A stretch of DNA of 63,837 nt, filler included, from Reticulomyxa filosa (taxonomy: Eukaryota; Protista; Foraminifera), in the NCBI GenBank assembly GCA_000512085.1. It is 21 parts of 21 records of this genome, joined end to end, with 100 filler letters (N's around TTAATTAATTAA, not from the genome) between each part and the next. Parts side by side here need not be neighbours in the genome. Positions count along the whole stretch, not along the records: positions 24,088 to 25,253 come from ASPP01041088.1; positions 25,354 to 33,374 come from ASPP01000442.1; positions 33,475 to 36,152 come from ASPP01012536.1; positions 36,253 to 37,518 come from ASPP01019621.1; positions 37,619 to 39,531 come from ASPP01023537.1; positions 39,632 to 49,450 come from ASPP01008129.1; 15 more parts are not named here. The stretch is one strand, 5' to 3'. Of the stretch, positions 25,222 to 40,856 are shown in pieces. The stretch's first letter is position 1. Each line of letters starts with the position of its first letter. The notes beneath the pieces are model-generated. The model was given only the letters and a program-made list of their open reading frames with translations. It searched no databases and was not told the DNA's origin. The position numbers and the translations under genes were made by a program.

Positions 25222-25599
25222 GTACGTTACTTTTTAAAATCCGTTTTTAAATTNNNNNNNNNNNNNNNNNNNNNNNNNNNNNNNNNNNNNNNNNNNNTTA
25301 ATTAATTAANNNNNNNNNNNNNNNNNNNNNNNNNNNNNNNNNNNNNNNNNNNNCCAAACACAAAAGACGGGTATTTGCCTCGAGAATGCCAATTTCCCGA
25401 AAGCGTCGAACATTCTTAAGGCTAAACAATGATCGATACCATTTCACACAAGTCACCTGTTGCCAGTAAAAGAGTTACTATCTCAGTTACCAGGAGTTTA
25501 CACCACTGTACACTTAAAGCAACTAAGGACAAGAATCTAATAAATTGAAAATGAAATAAAAGAAACATTTGTGTATTATTGATATCATGTTCATGAATT

Positions 25600-25785
25600 G
25601 AAATGATTACATAAGATGCCAATCGCTAAAGTAATAATATCAAATTCTGATGATGTTGTTAAGATATTGAAAGACAATGACATTCAGATTGGATATTCAA
25701 TGGTGAAAATAGAACCATTCGATAAAAACAAATCACACCCAAAGTCTCATTTCAAACAATGCAGAAAATGCACCAAATTTGTTAA
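25600..25785 (+). mobile_element. Possible LINE ORF1 (gag-like) remnant ending at a zinc knuckle
   Basis: 'DNDIQIGYSMVKIEPFDKNKSHPKSHFKQCRKC' resembles the pre-knuckle '...QC.KC..FGH' region. Confidence 0.4.
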
Positions 25786-26245
25786 ATAATGAGAAAATAA
25801 TCTAAAAACAAACAAGCAAACTAAGAAGAACAAAAGGCTAGTTAGTGAAGTGAGTAAACCAGAATAAATGGAGTTCTGAGATTCACTTGGGCTTCTGATA
25901 ATGATTAGTGCTACACTTACTACGGGATAATTTTTTTTACTGTTAAGCTTAAATTAATTTTTTTTGGTGCTAGTACTTTTTTTTTCAGACAAGTTTCTAA
26001 GCTCACAAAAAAGTTTTTGAATATTGGTTAATTGAAATAAATTGCCTAAATTGAAAAAGATAAATATATTTGGATGGCCAAAAAAGTATATTTCAGGAAA
26101 ACACTAAAATGTAGCGAAATTATTGTATATTTATGAGGTCGCTTTTAACTTTTCTTTGGAAGGAAAATGCAAAAAAAATTGTTGAAAGCTATCAAAAAAC
26201 AAAAATTAATTTCTTCAGTCAAACGATGTTTCTCTTTAAGAAAAT

Positions 26246-27489
26246 TTATTCTTCACTTCCATACCGAAGCAACAAAGTATCACCACTCATACATTCAGGC
26301 TCCAACAGAATCAGCGTCGTATCATACGGCAAAGCGCCACCCGTTCTCGTACACACCAGCACAAGCTTCTATACTCAAAGACACATTCAATAAAAAAAGG
26401 ATGAAAAGTGCAAATGAGTTGAATAAACTTAACATCAGAGCCAGGCAAATGATTTTTATTTTTGATCATTTTTTCATCACAAATTTCATCCAAAATTCGA
26501 CCAACAGTTTTATTTTTATCAAAAAACATGCAAACTTCTTTTTTATTAATTTTGGGACTAAATTGAATACAACAATAAAATCGTCTTTCTGGGTCAATCT
26601 CAGTGTTGCCGGTGGCTACATCACGCATGCGAACACGAGCACGATAAATTTCTGCTTCCGTTTCCTTGGATAATTTATTCTTTGGTTGGTTTTTATCTTG
26701 CTTTTCTTCATCCTCTTTGGTATTGCTGTTGTTTGTGCTTTTTTGTCCGAGTGCCGCCCCACGTGGAAGCGTTGGCCGAGTTATTCCCATTGCTGCTAAC
26801 TTTTTCAAACCCTTTGATTCGCTTTCTATATTTTGTATATTTTCAGTTTTCCAATTTTTCATTTATCTTTTTTTCTGTTTTTCTTTTGTATTGTTAGGTA
26901 ACAACTTAGTGAAGAAGAAGAGTCGCTTTTGCCACACATGTGATCTTGAGGAAATCGATGTCTGTTCATTTTTTATTATTTTAAAAAAATTTCAACAAAT
27001 AATAAAAAAAAACTAGTAAAAAAAACTCGGGGCAAAAGAATTTGTGACAATCGTGACATTCCACTGGAGCTCTTTTTGCCTTACATTTGGAATACGCACA
27101 TACACCTTTGATAGAACTATTTGAGTCACTAGAACCATTTTTACTTTTGTTGGACTCTTCAATTTTATATTGTGTGCAATTACTTCGAATATGAAGATCC
27201 ATCTTTGCATTTGGATCTTCTCCACTATTTATTGTTATCAATGCGTTACATATTGGACATTGTGGGATTATATTTTTGAATTCCGGACGGCTGTGTGCAT
27301 CGCAGTTGTGTGCGCTTTGACCACGATGATCCAAGCAATACGTTTTCCCACAGTATTCGCATTTAAACGGCAAAAAGTCTTTTGTTTAGTTTTACAACAA
27401 TGACGACAACAACAAAATTTAAAAAAAGAAGACAAACCAAATTGTTTGCAAGTGGACACAGCACAATGCTCGCCTTTGAGAACGTCCAT
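26246..27489 (-). CDS. AN1-type zinc-finger protein (ZFAND1/Cuz1-like) with C-terminal Ubl-like domain
   Basis: 'GEHCAVSTCKQFDFLPFKCEYCGKTYCLDHRGQSAHNC', 'CPICNA...DLHIRSNC', second AN1 'CAYSKC...CHDCHKFFC', 'TVGRILDEIC'; last exon ends 'DTLLLRYGSEE*'. Confidence 0.88.
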
Positions 27490-27921
27490 ATTGAATATTT
27501 CAAAAAAAAATTTTTAAGTATTCCTTTCAAAACAAGTGCTCATTCTAACAAGAAGTTTTAACCAAAATTCATATCTTAATTCAATCTCTGTGCTTATTCT
27601 ATGGTTTGTATTGGCACAGATAGGGACTGGTTCCTTTAGTAGCAAATATCCGAGCGTTATATATCAAACATTTTGTCTTTCAGTCACCATCTGAAGATTA
27701 CTTAATATCATAGCGATGTTTTGGGTATACAATTTCAACAGTTTACATGGAGCTTTAGAACAGATGTTTCAAGACTTAGTTTTTTTGTTTTGCTTTACTT
27801 GACAATATATTCATGAGTTTTCCTTAAAAAAAAGATTGGTACAACGAAATAAAAAATAACAATGAAGTTTGGCTTACAAATGGAAAAAGAGCTTTCCAAG
27901 AACAAATGATAAAAAAAAAAA

Positions 27922-30165
27922 TCATTGTGTTTGTTGTTTCATGCGATCTCTACAGCGTTGGTCCAGTACCTCCTCGGGAGAGGCCACATAAAGAGAGCTA
28001 AATCTCCCATGAGTAAGACACTGTAAATAATAACAAGTATTACTGTACCCAGCAATCCAACCAACAATTTCTTCAACGTGGTCAGATAAGAACATATTAC
28101 GAATATGATACAAGTCTTCTTTGTCTGAAACGAAATCAGACCATTGTTTGTAGGCAAGAGCCCATGTTTTAGCTACGCTTTGCATATCTTGAATCATCGC
28201 TTGAGTCGTGTTTCCATACAACGGACACAAAGTGGGATCAAAGTGTTTGCATCCCATCCCACTCCACATCGAATTGGTTTGATATTTTGTGTTAAGAACG
28301 TGAGTATCAATCCATGAATGGACAATGTCCCATTCCAATTCCTCGTTCATTTCGTTGAGCAAGACGCCCGCTTCGTTGTTGGAAATGTCTCTGGGGTCAG
28401 GCAATGCTTTCAACACTCGATCGACCAAATAGCGAATGAAATATCCGACCATAAACACCTTGTCTTTTTGAATCTCCGAGTCCAAATCCGGGTTTGTGAT
28501 GAATTCAGGATACATTTGAGGATTGGATAATGACAACATCACCTCTTCAAATCCGAGAGTGTAGCTGTGAATCGACACGGACAACGTATCGACCACCATC
28601 GAGGAGTACCAATAGCAGGGCGGAATATACAGCATTTCTCCGGGATGCAACGTCACTTGATAACCTTGAATGTGTTTGTGACCAGGAGAAAAGGGTTTGT
28701 TTTTTTTCTTACCCCACTCTTTGAAAGGAATGGAATAGTATTCAAAGGGGATCTGCGAAGATTGGTGTTTGGGATGTGCAAATGGAAAGGGTTTCCAAGT
28801 ACTCGTTTCATTGGGAGGGGAGATGATAAATCGACGACTGCCCTCAACCTGTATATTTGTGTATGCCCTTTATTTTTATCACAAATAGAAGAGAAGAAGA
28901 GAGGGGGGGGGTCATTATTTTTTTTTTCAAACCAAACAAAAAACACATCATTACAACCCGCTCTCATCCCACTTTATTTCTTTCGAATTGGGTATGATGA
29001 TATCCAAAACTCACTTGATAAATGAATTGATGATGAATGTGATAGATGGCAGCAGTGGCCATGGAGCCCGGCCACATTTGGACTTGGATGTGAAACTCAT
29101 CGCTAAGCTCTTTGATCCAATGTTGGCTGAATTCAACCTTTCCATTTTGCACGCGAAGCCATTCCAACGGTTTAATATCATGCCAAATGGGGAGTTTGGA
29201 ATTCTTGGAATTCCTTGTCAATTGCATGAACCAATGCTGCTTGTCTTTGCTCAACCGATTATATTTTGAATTGCACAAGTACTGTAAAAAGTCTTTCCAC
29301 AAGTCAATTGACGACGAGTCATTGTGAATGGAGGTATGAAATGGAGACGATACAGACAATGGAATTGTTTGATACAATACCGTTTCTTTCATTTCCAATG
29401 GCAATGGATCGATTTCATTCCAATTCGAATACAATTTTTCTTCTTTGTCTTTTTGTTTTTCATTGCTCGTCTTTTCCATCACAAAGAACTTGGATGTCAA
29501 CGGTTTATTCAATTGACATGGTACATAACAGATTGAATTGTTCATTTGATATAAATACATTGCTTCTTTTTCATTTGTTTTTATTTCTTGTCCTCTCTCC
29601 TCTTTTTCTTTTTTTTGTTCCTTTTCCTTTTCTTTTGCGCTTTCGTCGAGTCGATCTTCCCTCTCCATACCCAATCTGGTCATGTAGTCCATTACATTTG
29701 CATTGCAACTCTCTCTTATCAGTCGCCAATAATTATTTGCTCGCCATAATTTCGCGGGCGTGTTCAAAATTACATAAGGCTTACGGTTTCGTGCTGCCAC
29801 TGTCCCCTCCCCCCAAAAAATTTTACATTCGTACCCCTTTTTTTTTTTGCTTGAAATAAAAAAAACAACTTGATATTTTGTGTTGATGGTTAATCCCAGT
29901 TAGCTGTTTCCATGTTATGTTTGGCACCGTTCCGTAAATCGAATAAATGGCGGGAATTGGAATTTCTGGAACTTGTAACAGTGCGTTTGGGGAATTTTTC
30001 CACAAGGTATCATAACATAAACACGCAAAAACTATTATTATTAGCTGAAATGTCCATTTGCAAAAGTTGTCAGCAGATTCCCATCTGTGTCTCGGCTTTG
30101 CTCTTCGACGGGCTCAGGACCTTTTGGAATCTCTTGTTTTGCTTTTTTTTTTTTGGTCCAGGCAT
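27922..30165 (-). CDS. JmjC/cupin-8 domain protein with N-terminal TM anchor; metal ligands missing
   Basis: 'RKPYVILNTPAKLWRA', 'QVEGSRRFIISPP', 'TLHPGEMLYIPPCYWY'; TM segment 'QLIIIVFACLCY'; homopolymer frameshifts in exon 1. Confidence 0.75.
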
Positions 30166-30600
30166 CTCAGTAATTTTTTTAACGGGTTATGAACTATGAG
30201 AAAGGGAAATTGCTTCAAGGTTCACAAATTTTTCTTTCTCCGTTTAACTTGGAAATTGATATAGTACAAGAAATTAAATTCTATCTGATTGATGTTCTCT
30301 TTTCAAAATTTGCGAGATTATAACGTCCTTTGGAACAAAAAAAAAGTAAACAATTTGAAGGTACAAACCCCCCTAACTTTAATTTGGTGACATTAAGTGA
30401 TAGAAGAAGTTGAGTTATATCTATGTACAATTATAGGCCAATATTTCCAGTACGAATAACAAATAGCACGCATCAAACCATTCTTTTACAAAGAACGCAT
30501 ACATTTTTTTTTTCTTTCGTTTTTTTCATGTTGCTACGATCGTATTGATTTAAGTTTTTTAATTTGCCCTCTAACCTTTGTCTTTTAACCAAAAAAAAAA

Positions 30601-33034
<2,434 letters not shown>

Positions 33035-33358
33035 CCTTGCCAATGAACAGTATGATAGTCAAATTCAAAGTAATAAATACACGGAAAAAAGAATATAGTA
33101 TCTTTCAGTTAAAGATGTTTTTTTAAACCTGGCTTGTAAGGGTACTTAACCGTCTTGTGCAAAAACAAGTCTCCAATAGACCGTCTTACATGTATTTTTA
33201 TAGAAACGATATTTGTGTCGACTGTAATGTGAATTTGTAGATACTTTTGCAAACTTTTAAATAGCACATACAAGCGGTATTCAACTTGTAGCAATAGTGA
33301 GCTTGAATTTTAGAATGCATTATATTTTAACATAGGAATGTGAAAAATAAAATAATAG

Positions 33359-33374
33359 TGTAGGAAGTCTACAG
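33359..33374 (-). mobile_element. Terminus of TGTAGG repeat at contig end
   Basis: 'tgtaggaagtctacag' is identical to 4528-4543. Confidence 0.6.
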
Positions 33375-35446
33375 NNNNNNNNNNNNNNNNNNNNNNNNNN
33401 NNNNNNNNNNNNNNNNNNTTAATTAATTAANNNNNNNNNNNNNNNNNNNNNNNNNNNNNNNNNNNNNNNNNNNNAAAAAAATTAAAAATGACCCACAAAA
33501 TAAAGAAAATGACCCATAATATTTAAAAATGAAATAAAATCGCATATATTCTATTTGATCATATGTCATTTCTAAAGTAATTGAAATTTCACCAACAATC
33601 ACAATAATAACCAAAAAAGATAGAAAAGATTGACAAAAGTTCAAATTCTTTTTTTCAAGTTTGATAAATGATAAGATTGATGACGATGTGACAATATGTC
33701 TGTCACATCAATTATAGAAAGATATGAAATCATAAATGATACTCTTTTTTGACAAAAAAGGAAAAAAGAGATCCACTTATAAATATGACAACAATTTGAA
33801 AATACTTTTCACTAATTTCTTTTTTACATTTTTGCAGTTGGATTATTTTATATTTTATCTTACAAAATACGAGTTGGTTGCATAATGATAATAATACTTT
33901 TGCTTGGGATCTACTGCAACAAAAAGTATTTGCTTTTCCTCCTCAGTCGGATAAACACATGCTAACACTCAAACATGGAAAAATTTGTATGAAGTAGAAG
34001 TAAAATAACAAACTGAAGAAGAAATAATACTCTTTGTGTTGCTACTTATTTGTGATTTACTCTTTTATTGGACTAATGCTACAAAACATATGAAGACTTG
34101 ATATTAGTAAATGCATCGATAATATAAAAAGATCTAATTGTCAATATTGAGAGAAAAGAAATGATATTGTCGAGAATTTTCGAAAACGAATTAAAATATA
34201 ATTTTCTATTCGACAAGAGTTTCAAATGCTAAAAAATAACGTAAATTTATTCTTCCATGGAGTCATCTGAATATCTCTTTTATCGCGATGAATTTATTTG
34301 ATGACCGTACCAATTCAAATAAATAATTTTTTTTATTGAAGAAAAAGGGTTGAAGGATTGACATAGCAGCTCGTTGTTTACAAAGCTTTACTCTTGTCAG
34401 GAAATAGAGAAATAACTCCTCGCGGATACATAAGTTTTGTGTTTTTGTTTGTTTGTAATCAAACTCGACGTCAGCTAACATTGGCAGCATTGAAGAAAAT
34501 AATTATTGCAATGCACTTACTCAATTAGAGATTTCTCATATGTATGAAGTAGAGAGTGATTTATAACATGTGGTATACAAGAGTTTTTGTTATATTAATT
34601 TTTGTGAAAAATTTCTATTCTCGTCATTAAACAGCAATGTCTATCTCCAAATTAAATGAAAAAGAACGGTCATTGTTGCTCTCAGTGAAAAAACTATTGT
34701 TATTTAATAATTACTATTTTCATTCCAAATATTTTATTTGTTTTCTGTGACATATCTTTGTTAATACAATTATTATCTTTTTCATATACGAAATTTTTTT
34801 CAAGATGTTCAGTAACTTTTTATATTTTTGCTGGTAATAGTCAATTAACAAATAATTGTAACTTTTCTATCTCAAAATATGCAATTTGAAATATGTTCTT
34901 AAGTTTCTTTGTTAATTAAATAATGTAAAAACAGTATATTTGCTTTTTCAATTGCCCCTAGCTCTAAAAGCTGCAAATATTATCGTCATAATCTCGTCGC
35001 TTTCTTAGATTAGCGGCACCATTACGTGTAAAAAAAATAAAAAAATGGAACTGGACCCTTTTTGGAAGAAGTTCGTTCATGGAATTTGTTAATAATCACA
35101 TTTTAGACTTTGAAATGTTTAATCGTATGAAGATTTTTAGTTTTTATCATATGTACACAGCTACAAGGAAAATTGAAAATGAAACAAAACAAAGATACAG
35201 ATGCAAATTGTTGAGAAATGATCAAGATCACTCTCTACTTTAAGAGAAAAAATACACGAATGTCTATGCAAGATTTTTTGATATTGCTTCATATTTTATT
35301 TTGCAACAGGGACATAAAAAATGTAAAAATAACAGACGCAGGGAATATTCTTGCCCTTGATTGTAATAAGTTCTTGAATAAATTAAAAGCTTAATGTTCC
35401 TCAATAACCAAACACTTAAAAAGAAAAAAAAAAAGGCAAATCAAAA

Positions 35447-36061
35447 TTATTTGCAATAAACGTATTCTGTTCTGTAAAAGTAAACAGCTGTAATAACAAC
35501 AACTAGCCCGATGAAATAGGGCAAAGTCCAAGGAGTACCAAAACACATAAAGGTCAAGACGCCAGCGACGACAATAGAAGCACCATTCATAAACAGTTTG
35601 ACAATATTGTTGAAGCGTTTCATGATTTGGCCCAATACCAAGCCCATGCACATGAACTCAAGTACGCATAACCATGAGTACAAATTGAATCCATTGATTA
35701 GATTAGAAAAATCATGGCCCTTTGCCTTGTACTGCAAAGAATTGCTGACAATTCCCCAAGTGTACATAGACAAGTTTTCCAAATGAATGCTTCGATCATT
35801 GCCATATTGTTTATACATTGCCTCAGTGTATACTCCGGCCAACCCAGACACAGTGACTTGGAACAGCAAGTAAAGTAGTCCGCGAAACTCGACATGCATT
35901 TGCTCTTGTTCGTCGTCGGGGCCTTTCGAGGTGGGCCACGATACAAATATCGAACCAGCTACTAACAATGACAGTGCTATCCATTGTTGCTTGCTTATCG
36001 GCTTTCGAAACCACCACCACCACAACACTGCCGTTGTCAATATCTTGAATTGGAGTAACAC
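35447..36061 (-). CDS. SLC35A-type nucleotide-sugar transporter (UDP-Gal/CMP-Sia family), last exon
   Basis: 'LLQFKILTTAV', 'QQWIALSLLVAG', 'SGLAGVYTEAMYK', 'MKRFNNIVKLF'. Confidence 0.9.
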   Translation of the reverse strand: MLLQFKILTTAVLWWWWFRKPISKQQWIALSLLVAGSIFVSWPTSKGPDDEQEQMHVEFRGLLYLLFQVTVSGLAGVYTEAMYKQYGNDRSIHLENLSMYTWGIVSNSLQYKAKGHDFSNLINGFNLYSWLCVLEFMCMGLVLGQIMKRFNNIVKLFMNGASIVVAGVLTFMCFGTPWTLPYFIGLVVVITAVYFYRTEYVYCK

Positions 36062-36688
36062 CTTTCATTTGAGTTTATGTTCAGAAACAAAAAAATGGGG
36101 AAGTTTTTTTTTTTTTTTTTTAGAGATCATAATTCTTTTCCCCTTTTTTTTTNNNNNNNNNNNNNNNNNNNNNNNNNNNNNNNNNNNNNNNNNNNNTTAA
36201 TTAATTAANNNNNNNNNNNNNNNNNNNNNNNNNNNNNNNNNNNNNNNNNNNNGGAGTGACACCAAAGACACCAGCAGAAGTGCATCAAATACAACAAAGC
36301 CATACCATAAATACACAAATGCTTGCATCCAAAAAGTGTCAGCCGAACTTGGCTCAAAAGAACAAATAAATAACAATGTAATTGTTTTTGTAACTTTTAT
36401 TTTTTTTTTTCAAAACTCTTCAAAATTTAGAAAGAAAAACTCATTGCGATCATATCGAGATCTGCCTCTGAGCTATTGTTGTTTCTCGAAAATGTAAAAA
36501 TGTTCGTTTTCTGAAGAGTATGATGGTGGTAAAGTGGAGAAAATACTGTCAAAAAACATCAATTACTTTGTTCAGTCATGGATGTTCTGGAACGGAAAGG
36601 ATAGAAGATATGTGATTTTTTCCAAAAAAAAAAACAACGAAAAAGGGGTGAAGACGATGGACGTTTAAAGAAGTGCTATGAGCTGAAA

Positions 36689-37243
36689 ATGGCAGTGGTT
36701 CCCCCGGACTCTATTAAAGCATGTGTACCACAACACCGAATAATACTCTTAGAATTGTACGCAGCAGATGAGCATGAAACAAATGACAATGATGATGACA
36801 ACACTAACAACAGTGCAAATAAGAGCAAGAAGAATGTTGCAAGAAAAAGTGTAATCAAAAGATTTACTGAATTGTTTATAAAACCGTATCCTAATGCAAT
36901 TGAAGAGGAGTCCCTACAAACAGAAATGAGCCAATCAAAACAAAAAGCTGGATCGAAGTGTCGTCTTCACTGGAATCGTCATCATCTTTCACTTCTTTCA
37001 AACACAGGAACAGAAACGACTACGCCAAATTCATCGTCCAAATCAAAGACTCTGAAACTTTGCAACTCAACGATATCATAGACTCGTTGCTCCATCTTTT
37101 CTCCAATGCATTTATGTCCGATTGACTTAAAGAAACTCTTGTCCCTTTTCGGAAAATGCGACGATGAAGTGTTTATCATTAATAGATATAGTGATTTACT
37201 TGCTTTTTATCAAAAGTATAACATGTCTGATCAGATACGATGA
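36689..37243 (+). CDS. Hypothetical protein fragment with an internal in-frame TAG
   Basis: ORF 36689-37081 continues in frame about 53 codons past the TAG. Confidence 0.35.
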
Positions 37244-37618
37244 ACCTCGTCTGTCTTGAAACTACTTCAAAATCAAGACACTACTTAAAAAATAAAAAAA
37301 TTAAAAAAAGGGAAGGGGTGGGACAAAGGAGACAGTAATAAAAAAAAATTTCAGCAAATGTTTTTTAAAATTTTTTTTCCTTTTCTTTTTGGCATTAAAA
37401 ATCGAGCATTTTTGTTTCTGACAGGTTATGAGACATTAACATTTTTTTTTTTCCGATCATTTGTTCTGATGCAAATGATTTGGTAAAGAGGTAAGATTAT
37501 AACCTCAAAATCAATTCCNNNNNNNNNNNNNNNNNNNNNNNNNNNNNNNNNNNNNNNNNNNNTTAATTAATTAANNNNNNNNNNNNNNNNNNNNNNNNNN
37601 NNNNNNNNNNNNNNNNNN

Positions 37619-38131
37619 TTAATTATATTGATGAATCCCAACACGTAATGATAAACTCTCTTTCAAATAATGTGCTCAATGACAACAATGAGCAAAATTG
37701 AAAGACGTTATTGCAAGAAAGGATCGTACAGTTGAACAATGGGTCAGACGTAGAAACGAGCACGAAGCCAGCATCAATTTTGCTTTTGAATTTTGCCTTT
37801 TTAAAAAAAGGAGGAAAGAAATGAATACCACCCCCCTTTCGTCATTATGGAATATAAAAAAAAAATAGTATATGTATGCACAAAAAAAAATAACGTGTTA
37901 ACACGGACCCCCTTTTTTTCAAAGCGGTCATCAACGAACGAGAAACCAAAGACAAGCGCAGTCTCGACGAATGGACAAGCGAGCAGTAGTGGAGAGAGTA
38001 AAAAGACTGAATCGACAAATGCAAGTGCAAATGGGTCATCGAGTGGTCTCAGCAAAGCCTTGGAAAAAGCAGACAGCAAATCAACGAAAGAGAACGTAGT
38101 GTTATCACCCGAAAAAAAGGGAAATGAATGA
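37619..38131 (+). CDS. 3' end of a hypothetical protein with S/K-rich tail
   Basis: Probable exon to ~37742, then an intron, then a last exon 'RSSTNEKPKTS...SPEKKGNE*'. Confidence 0.45.
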
Positions 38132-38689
38132 TACCGAAACTGGGACTCGAAACATAATGTTCGAAAAAATGCTAGAATTTCTATTCAAGGAAGACAACAT
38201 TTGTTGAGTGAAGTTGAACTCCAAAGCACAAAACATATTTTCCATGATGAATATTGGCTTGTCTTTGGATTCGATTGCCAATACATGGTTTTGGAGATAA
38301 CAGTATTGTTTTGATTAAAACATCAATCAAACATGAAACTAATTCACATTTTTTTTTTTGTAAGGTGAAAAAATACAGAATAAAATCTCATTGAACAAAT
38401 TAATATTTTTCGAAATGTCACCATTGTTTACATAATAATGAGCATAAGTTAATTGTCAATTGTTTTACACTGGATGACTAGATAATTTATTCAAATACAA
38501 TTTTCTGTTTTTTCCAATTTCCTTTTGCCCTTGTCCTTGTTTCTATTCAAAATTTGAAAAAGGGCTTTGTATTGATTGACCATGAAAAACTGTTTGCTCG
38601 TTTTCTGAGCAGTGGTTACTTTTCTTTTTGAAATAAAACTTATCAAAAACTTTTTTTTTGTTGCATATTGGAAAAATATCCATTATCAA

Positions 38690-39531
38690 CTACAATCGAT
38701 TTAACACATTATCTTTATCCTTTTTAGTAAATGGTAAGCAATTTTGAATAGTATTTATTTTTGCGTGTTCAACAGCCGTTTGACCTTTGTATTTATCAGA
38801 AAGAAAAATACAAAACAAATTAACATTGTGATTGCAACAGCGTTTGTTTACAAACTCATTTTCTTTTTCTTTGTATTTTTGTTGATTGTTGTCTCGAAAT
38901 TTCCATTTTTCAAATTCAGACAATAATTCAAATGTTTTCTTAATATCTCCTTCACATTCATAAGAAAGCGCAACATAAATAAGATTGAAATCAATTTTAT
39001 GATTCCATATTGCACTTATTTGTATAATTTGTTGAATACACTGATCATATGGTGTCCATGTCAATAATATCATTTGTGTATATCCATCTTCACTCTCTAC
39101 TTTTGCATTCCATGCATATTGTTCTTTATGTGTTTTCTCATTATTAGCAGGACTTATCATTGATCTTGCAAATAAAATTTCACGTTCATGTTCGAATGGA
39201 GATATCCAGGATACATCACAACTGGGTATTTTAGATGATCTTATCATAGAAGAATGAAAATGTAAAATACATCCTTGATCGCTTCTATACATTTTTGCGA
39301 CTCGAATATCATCAGAAGTGCTTACATGACTTATGAAAAATCCTGATTTTATTTCTTTTTCAATATTCTCAAATCTCACTCCTTTCAATCCACAATATAA
39401 TTCCATTTCACTTTCTTCTCTTCTTTCATGCTTGTGTAAAATTTGAATAGCGTCCTGCAAAAACCTATCCAAATAAGGCCATACATAATGTCTAAATTTG
39501 ATTTGATCATAACTGAATTGAACATTACATG
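38690..39531 (-). CDS. ADP-ribosyltransferase-like domain protein (R-S-E clade, Arg replaced by Cys), 5'-truncated
   Basis: 'ELYCGL' (cf. LYRG), 'SHVSTSDDIRVAKMY' (STS), 'CDVSWISPFEHEREILF' (ExE). Confidence 0.72.
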
Positions 39532-39631
39532 NNNNNNNNNNNNNNNNNNNNNNNNNNNNNNNNNNNNNNNNNNNNTTAATTAATTAANNNNNNNNNNNNN
39601 NNNNNNNNNNNNNNNNNNNNNNNNNNNNNNN

Positions 39632-40856
39632 TTTTTTTAAGTCCTTCTGGTCCAAGCTCATAGGTCGAGTTTTGGTTTGAAAAGTCCTTATTGCCTGCGC
39701 CATCGAACATGGATACGTCGAAAGTGACTCTTAAAAATAATGGGTGGATTTTCAAATCCCTAAATGCTGGAAACTCTGAAGCCAATTGCTTCGCTGTTCT
39801 GTCATTTATATATTTATCAATTGTACCTGGTTCCAAGTCAAGGACCGTGTATTTGAAGCAAACAGTTCCCAAAAATGCATCAAGGATTTTGATCCGCTCC
39901 TTTGGCACATTGTGTACTCTTGCCAATTTTTCTCTGTTTTTTTTATTAAAAAAAAAAAAAAAAAAAATTTACACCAGGGTATTTACATCCAAAAAAAAAA
40001 AAAAACAATGGAAAACTGAAGTGTTTCCAACACAGGGTGAGTGTTGTTTAATTGAATAGCAGCTTTGATCTCACTAATTTGTTCAATGTCCTTCTTTTCG
40101 TCCATGTCGTTTGGTTTTTTGTCGCTAATGAGTCCATCGAGATTCTCCAACTGCAATACCAACGACTTTTCTGCAGAGATGTCATTCATCGCGCTTGAAG
40201 AATCTAACAATGACATATTTTTTGTCGAATCGTAAAACACACATCCGCCAAAGATTGAATTCATTATGTGCAACATCGTGTTTTTATCATTTACATTTCC
40301 ATTTGGAGGAGTTTCCAATATCTGCTTTGTCAATTCGTTTGCAGATTTCAGTGTTTCTGATGAATTTTCTTTTAATACTTGATCGAGACTGTGGAAAGTT
40401 CTTTTTTTTTTTTTGAAGTATACGTTGCAAAATAACAAAAAACAAGCAAATGCAGTGATGCTCCCTACCTGCACTTTTTGCTTTTGTTGCAATGATGAAG
40501 ATTCAACGGTTTTTTTAATTTCATTAGCAAGTTTCTTCACTTCGTTGGGCACTTCAAATTGCTGCTTCTGTTGAAATCAAATCCAACAGTGTCCATACCT
40601 TTTTTTTTTTTACTCTTGTCCCTTCTGTATTTTTTCTCCAACTTCAATTATGATACAGCAGAGTTTTTTTTTTTTTACAAACCTCGTTAATCGAAGGTTT
40701 TACTATAATCTGCAATCTGGAAAAGCCATACCATCCGTAGGAACCGTTTTCATATTTTACCAACATGTGATACTTTTTCACATCGACAATCTCACCAACA
40801 TCACCCGCGGTACCTCGCACAAAGCTGCCCACTTTTGGTCTGTCCTTGCTTGACAT
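39632..40856 (-). CDS. Multi-exon protein: SH3-like N-terminus, coiled region, and a segment resembling that preceding NEURL4-type ART domains; 3'-truncated
   Basis: 'PKVGSFVRGTAGDVGEIVDVKKYHMLVKYENGSYGWY' looks like a beta-barrel; final exon 'FDVSMFDGAGNKDFSNQNSTYELGPEG'. Confidence 0.5.

Noticed and set aside
38690-40856. ART gene cluster or operon-like system
   Set aside because: The two genes are on different contigs separated by a spacer.
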